The notes under the pieces are model-generated. The model made no database searches. It had not been told where the DNA came from and saw nothing but the letters and a program-made list of their open reading frames with translations. A DNA stretch of 64,000 nucleotides, taken from positions 409,448,001-409,512,000 of the forward strand of contig OZ024741.1 in assembly GCA_964016885.1 (NCBI GenBank), written 5' to 3'. Both the position numbers and the translations under genes were made by a program. This DNA comes from Eledone cirrhosa (taxonomy: Eukaryota). Below are positions 57,655 to 64,000 of the stretch, in pieces (position 1 is the stretch's first letter; every line of letters starts with the position of its first letter).

Positions 57655-57812
57655 AAATATACATGGGTGTGTATGATTGTGTATAGAAGATTATATTAAT
57701 AAAAGGAATTCCAACTTTGTCTGATTTACTCTTTACAATCCTTTAAAATTATAATGATATAATTTTTAAGGATTGTAAAGAGTAAATCAGACAAAGTTGG
57801 AATTCCTTTTAA
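57655..57812. mobile_element. Foldback terminal fragment of the PLE family at 2270-3923
   Basis: Matches ~2272-2372, followed by its inverted copy. Confidence 0.75.
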
Positions 57813-57843
57813 TATATATATATGCATGCACACAAAGATGCAC

Positions 57844-57932
<89 letters not shown>

Positions 57933-58514
57933 ATTTGGGAAGTTATTTCAGTGTCCTTCTCTGTGTGACATCAATCAGGGAACAGCAATGCTACTTGTCT
58001 CTTTTATGTTCTTCCTGTTACCTGTATACCCCAATACCATTATATACACTGTTGTATATACACCACAACCATATATATATATACATCATATGTGCACATA
58101 CATGTACATACACATACATATATATTTACAAACATATGTGCACATACATACATAATGCATATATATTTACATACATATACATACATAATACATATATATT
58201 TACAGACATGCATACACATACATATACATACATATACACACATTCATGCATATACATACATACATTCATATATACATACATACATTCATATATCCATATA
58301 CATACATACATATATACATACATCCATATACACATTCATACATATATATATACACAATCCTTCTTAAATGTGCACCTATTCCCACAACGGTTCCTCCACT
58401 GCCAAAACTATGCAATCAAGATTTTTTTTTTTAAATCTTCTAGCAGTGGTGATCCATTTGAAATATCCCCCTCCACTCACCATCTCATATACATCCTTGA
58501 TCCTTCTTCACTCA

Positions 58515-58551
58515 GACCTCTGAAGATGGCTATGTGTGTAGCCGAAAAGTC
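58515..58551 (+). ncRNA. Degenerate hammerhead (stem III apparently deleted) in an old PLE remnant
   Basis: GACCT-CTGAAGA-T-GGCTA(TGTGTG)TAGCC-GAAA-AGTC. Confidence 0.4.
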
Positions 58552-59764
58552 AACTAAACACTTTTTTTTTTCAATTTTTTTTTTGTGTCTTAACATAAAA
58601 AATTAATACAAATACTAAAACTGAACTGTTAACAATCCTGAACATTATTTAACGTGGTTTAACAGCACTTCCTGTCATTTCTACAATAAAGCATATATTA
58701 ATGATATGCTGCCTTTAAAGGGGGCAATACTGATCCCACCAACACCACACCACTCCTTGCTCTTTCTTAAAGCCCCTAAAATATGTCATAATACATTTTC
58801 AGGGCCAGTTATAATCTTGGGATAACTGGTTTTGTAAATGTTGTATCGTAATGGCATTTCTTGGGTGGAGACCGACAACTGAAGGATGGTGTACTTAATT
58901 ATATTGCCCTGTTCCCAGAATATAACTGGTATTTTATATCATGATGTGGCTCTTAACTCAATCTTCCTCCATATTCTGTCACAGACTTTACAAATGTGAC
59001 CAATGTTCCCCACCCCCTCTTTGTAATTGCCTAAACTACATGACACTTTGGTTATATATATACATACATAAACCTATATATATATATATATACATATGTG
59101 TGTGTATATATATATATATTGGGGGGTATATATGTGTGAGTGTGATGATTATATTGTATACATACACACACTCCAGCTTATATCTCCAGTATCATGTGTA
59201 TAGGGGGATGATACTATAATGGTTACGTGTATGTGTGTGTGTGTGTGTGTGATAACCCCCCTCTCTCATACGTACATACACACACAACATACACCAAAAC
59301 ACACACACGCGTGCTGAAACGGTCTTTCTGAGCCAAAGTTATATAAATCCAATATCAACTACTACTTTATACCCCTTCCAAATAGTTTCTTTGTCTAGCC
59401 CCTGTCAGACCCGCATCATTTGACCCCTTAAACTTTGTAGATCAATCATAGATGTATTGATACTTTTATTGACTAAATATTTTAGGTAGATTTTTGAATT
59501 GTATGAAAAGTATTGAATTTCTGAAGCCCTAAGAGTTATGAAGCCCTTAGAAAATGTAGGGAATTTATGATGCCCTGAATAGTTATGAAGCCCTTAGAAA
59601 ATTTAGGGAACTCAGAAGATAACTGTAAACACAGTTGTTATATATAATAGAAATGAGGTAGAACTCGTGTGGCTGTTTTCAATATCTGGATGATACAATA
59701 CTAACCACTTCTTCCTGTCTATAGAGGTATTGATTTTATGAGCTTAACCATAGGGCAGAGGAAG

Positions 59765-59952
59765 GGCAGTAATCGGTAGAGTGTCGAACACCATGTTTTG
59801 CAGCATAGGGTTACGGCCCTTTACCTTCTGAGTTCAAATCCCACCGAGATTAGCTTTGCTTTTCATCTTTACGATGGGAGGGGAGGTCAATAACACAAAG
59901 TACCAGTAATATACTTGAGTCAATTTAATTTACCTTCCCCTCCCCTAAAATT
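59765..59952 (+). mobile_element. tRNA-derived SINE, same family as 17629-17801 (a more decayed copy lies at ~54430-54535)
   Basis: GGCAGTAATCGGTAGAG...GAGTTCAAATCCCACCGAG...TTTGCTTTTCATC...AAAGTACCAGT. Confidence 0.8.
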
Positions 59953-60151
59953 ATTTATAAAAATCAACTGTGTTCACAGTTACTCTTTCTCTGAGTTTCC
60001 TACATTTGTAAATGTTTTTTTTTTCCTGTTACTTTATATTTTTAAATAGTTTTACTAGAGTTATCTTTCTTTTCTGAATTTAAACACTTTTTTTTTCCTG
60101 TTTTCTTTCGTTTAGCTAAGAGAATCATAACAAATTCGGTTATATATATAT

Positions 60152-60415
60152 CAGGGGCGAAGGGTCCGTGCATGAAACGCATGCAGTGCATGCGTTATAG
60201 AATCTTGAGTTGATCAATTGCGTCGGTTGAAGCAAGCAGAATTTTGGCTGCTTACTAAATCGTAGACACATAAAAAGATAACACTACATGCGGCTTGGAC
60301 CGGGAGGGTCATTTAGAGGGAATTGGGGGGGGGGGGGGGTTAGGCTGCACAGCCCCACTTTCCGCCATGGCGATTGGACTGCATGCCCTGCTTTCCAGGT
60401 TACTCTTCGCCACTG
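60152..60415. mobile_element. hAT-like MITE
   Basis: Imperfect TIRs CAGGGGCGAAGGGT / ACTCTTCGCCACTG, subterminal inverted GCATGCAGT, and 8-bp TSD-like ATATATAT/ATATATAC. Confidence 0.65.
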
Positions 60416-61163
60416 ATATATACATATATATACACATATATATAAACTGTCAGCATTTCTTTCTAAAGGGAGGGAACTCTTAGGTCGTGTGTTAAATTAT
60501 TTTTTCCCATTGAATATTTTATTCACATTTCTGTTACGTTGGAAACCTTTCGCAGTCTTTTTATAAACTAACCATAACTACTGTCAACATGTTTACACAG
60601 AGATGTGTATATATTTCTATACATACCCCTATCTTCTGCTCATTCTTCACAACATAAACTACATATTTTAACTATATTCTATACCATCCTTTGCTAATTT
60701 ATTCATAGTTTGTTTGTTTTTTCTCTATAAATCTCTTACTCCCTAAAATATCATATGCTGCTCACATTAGGTGTATACTCTTTAAGGGACCCCCCATTAC
60801 TTTTATATATATATGTATAAATAGATATATCACATATGTGTGTGTATATATATATATAAATAGATATATCACGTGTGTGTGTATATATATATAAATAGAT
60901 ATATCACATAAGTGTGTGTATGTATATATATATAAATAGATATATCAAATATGTGTATATATATATATAAATAAATATATCACATGTGTGTGTATAATTA
61001 TATATATATAAATAGATATATCACATATGTGTCTATAATTATATATATATAAATAGATATATCACATATGTGTGTGTATATATATATATAAATAGATATC
61101 ACGTGTGTATATATATATATAAATAGATATATCACATATGTGTGTGTATATATATATATATCA

Positions 61164-61209
<46 letters not shown>

Positions 61210-62567
61210 TATCCAATGTGTATATATATATATAAATAGATATATATATTTATATATATATACATGTGATATATCACGCGTATATATATATATATATATA
61301 TATATTTAGATGTGTTACTTAAATGCCCCCCCCCCCCATCACTGTCTGTAAACACCCTTCTCTGTCTTTTACTTACATTAGAAGTATGTCCCCTTCGCAC
61401 CCTCAACCCCATGACTATCTTTGATCATACCGTATTCTACATACACACCTCCCCACCAATCAAACAACTCTACGCTGCCCTAGTCCTACCACACTTTACA
61501 CTACCCAGATTTATTTAGTAAGTCTTCAGTTTGTAAACATGAGAAACTATCTCCCCCACCCCAAGCCATATACACTCCCCTCTATATTTATCATTTTACT
61601 AACCCAACCATATTCTACATAACATTATAGTCTACAGACTACAAAACAAGCCCCGACAGCCCTGTGTCACTGTGTGTATATATATAGACACACACACACA
61701 TATATATACACGTTCTATCTGCACTACTAAATCTACATAGATTAGAGGCAGCCAACGCCCCACCAAATACTGCACAAAAGGCATTAACTCTTACATAACA
61801 CCAAATTTCTGTTCACCTTATGATAACACACATAGAAAACCTACAGTCCCCTCCCCTAAAACTGAACTGAACAGGAACCTATACTCAAATTCTTCATAAC
61901 TATCACATGTACTTTTCACTCCACTTCGCCTTGCCAAGTTTTCAAGTTATTTTAACACTGTTGTTATAATTATAATTATTATTTAATTTTCTGAGTCTCA
62001 CAGATCTTTTAAACCATTCCAAGAATCCTTCATAAATTGACTGTATTAAACAGTCATTAATACTTTTTTCAAATATCACCTGGAGAAGAAGAAGAAAAGA
62101 AACTATACCTCAATTGGCTCTTTACTTTATACCTTGTAGATCTTTAGAATTTGGGGAGAAACATCCCACCTGAGCCCCTACCCATTGGCCCTGTTCACCC
62201 CATCTCACTACAGCTAGGGTCACAAAACTATTGACCCAAATATTTTCCACCTGTAGACATTCCACTTGGAATTCATTATATATATAAACACATATATGTA
62301 TAAATATATACATACACACACGCACATACATATATACACACACACATATTTATACACATATACAAGTATATTATTATATACATTTTTTTTCTTTTTTTCC
62401 ACTGGAAATCTTTTTTCCATCTGTAGAATTTTCTATACAAATTGTATAAAACTATTTCTTTTCATCCAGAAGTTTCTCTCTATGTCTTGGTCTCTCTCTC
62501 TATATATATATATATGTATATATATAGTCCATCACTCTCTTTCTCTCTGTATCTTGGTCTTTCTCTA

Positions 62568-62602
<35 letters not shown>

Positions 62603-63360
62603 CTTGGTATCTGCAGAGAACTTCAGAAATTCCAACAATAACAACAACAATATCAAGAAAATATGAAAATAAATCAATAACAATAAAAAAAATGAAATAA
62701 AATTTTTTAAAATGTGAAGAAAAGGAAGAAAAGGAAGGTGATGACAAATTTTCAAAATTTTTCAAAATTTTTTTCCCAACAATCTGTATTTACCATTATA
62801 CTAGAGAATGAGAGGAACAGCAAGTAATTCCTTTTGTTTTGGGTTTATTATGAATTCTATTATTATTATTATTATTATTAATTAATTATTATTAATTATT
62901 ATTTTGTTGGTTTTTGTTTTTTTGACATTTTGGAAGTAAAATAACGATTTAAACAATGACTGTGGTTTTGTTTTATTTTTTGTGGGGGTTCTTAGAACAA
63001 AGAACTGGAATCATCCAGACATTGTGTTATCTGGTTTCAGAGACAGAGAAGAGATTGCTGTCTGAACATTTGGTAAGTGTTCTTGGAACAATTTGATAGA
63101 GGAATAACTGGTATCACCCTTGCATTCTTTGTCATCAGGTTTTACCAAAGTACAAATCTTTGCTGTGTAAACATATGGTGTGGCACCTCTCTACTATGGC
63201 ACCACTAATTCACTACATATTACTCTAGTATGTGTAAGGGTAAAAGTTGAAAATGCAAGACTTTAAGAGTCTTGAAGAAGGTTTATTGAAATTAATTCCT
63301 AACTTAACCAGTTTCACAAGATTCATGATTTTCAAAAGTTAAGATGGAGAGATTGGTGGG

Positions 63361-64000
63361 TTAGACAGCTGAACGAGAAGTGCATGGAACAAGGTTTGGA
63401 TCTGTATCAGGTTTCTGTCGATCTGACAAAAGCTTTCAATACTGTTTTGTGGAAGATTCTCCAGAAACTTAGTTGCCCTGATAAGTTCCTTGCTTTAGTT
63501 AGGTCTTTCCATGACGACATGAAGGCTTGGGTTAATGTCAGAGGTAACATGTTGGAACCTATCTCAGTGAAAAATGGAGTGAAACGGGGATATTCCAGCA
63601 CCAACCCTGTTTGCCATATGCTTTGCAATAGTTTTCTATATTGTATTCAGGAATTGCAAGTATGGTGTTTACATCCAATATCAAACCTCTGGCAGCATAT
63701 TTAACATCAGGCACTTTGCTGCAAAAACATAAGTATTTACATAAATCATAGGAGACCTCTTGTATGCAGATGATTGCGATCTTGTAGCGCGCACAGTGAT
63801 ATGCAGCACATTTTGAATGCATTTTCTGATGCTTGCACTGCCCTAGGATTGACTGTCAGTCTCAAGAAAACCGTCATGTACCAACCTGCCTCTGGTAAGC
63901 AGTACAGTGAACCAAATATCTATGTGTATGGTAAACGACTTGGAGTGGTTGATCAGTTTGTCTACCTGGGAAGCACTGTCTATTGATACAGCAATCTTGA
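63361..64000 (+). pseudogene. Old RTE (BovB-type) LINE reverse transcriptase fragment, runs off the window end
   Basis: RQLNEKCMEQ..VDLTKAFNTV..GVKRG, LLYADD (~63757-63774), GLTVSLKKT and FVYLGST across frameshifts. Confidence 0.85.

Overview
Eukaryotic, animal-type DNA. The (TA)n density and the SINE/LINE/Penelope content suggest a cephalopod such as Octopus (inference, not verified). Bases 1-33.6 kb are a nested pile of retroelements that nearly all sit in (TA)n microsatellites. It holds two RTE-clade LINE families with (GAT)n tails and a PHD finger inside the RT, at least six Penelope-like element (PLE) families with inverted pseudo-LTRs and minimal hammerhead ribozymes, two tRNA-derived SINE types, a non-autonomous Helitron with STPR-like repeats, and an internally deleted RTE with a decayed HDV-like ribozyme. 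A ~13 kb satellite of 26-bp units follows (33.6-46.75 kb). The only host gene visible is the last two coding exons of a Deltex-family E3 ligase (DTC domain, 47383-47600 and 51022-51091). By my recalled alignment its ADP-ribose-binding/catalytic residues are substituted (H>N, H/Y>C, E>Q). The rest is minisatellites, TE fragments, a hAT-like MITE and an old RTE fragment. All calls are by eye; family and clade names come from recalled motifs, and element boundaries inside TA tracts are approximate.
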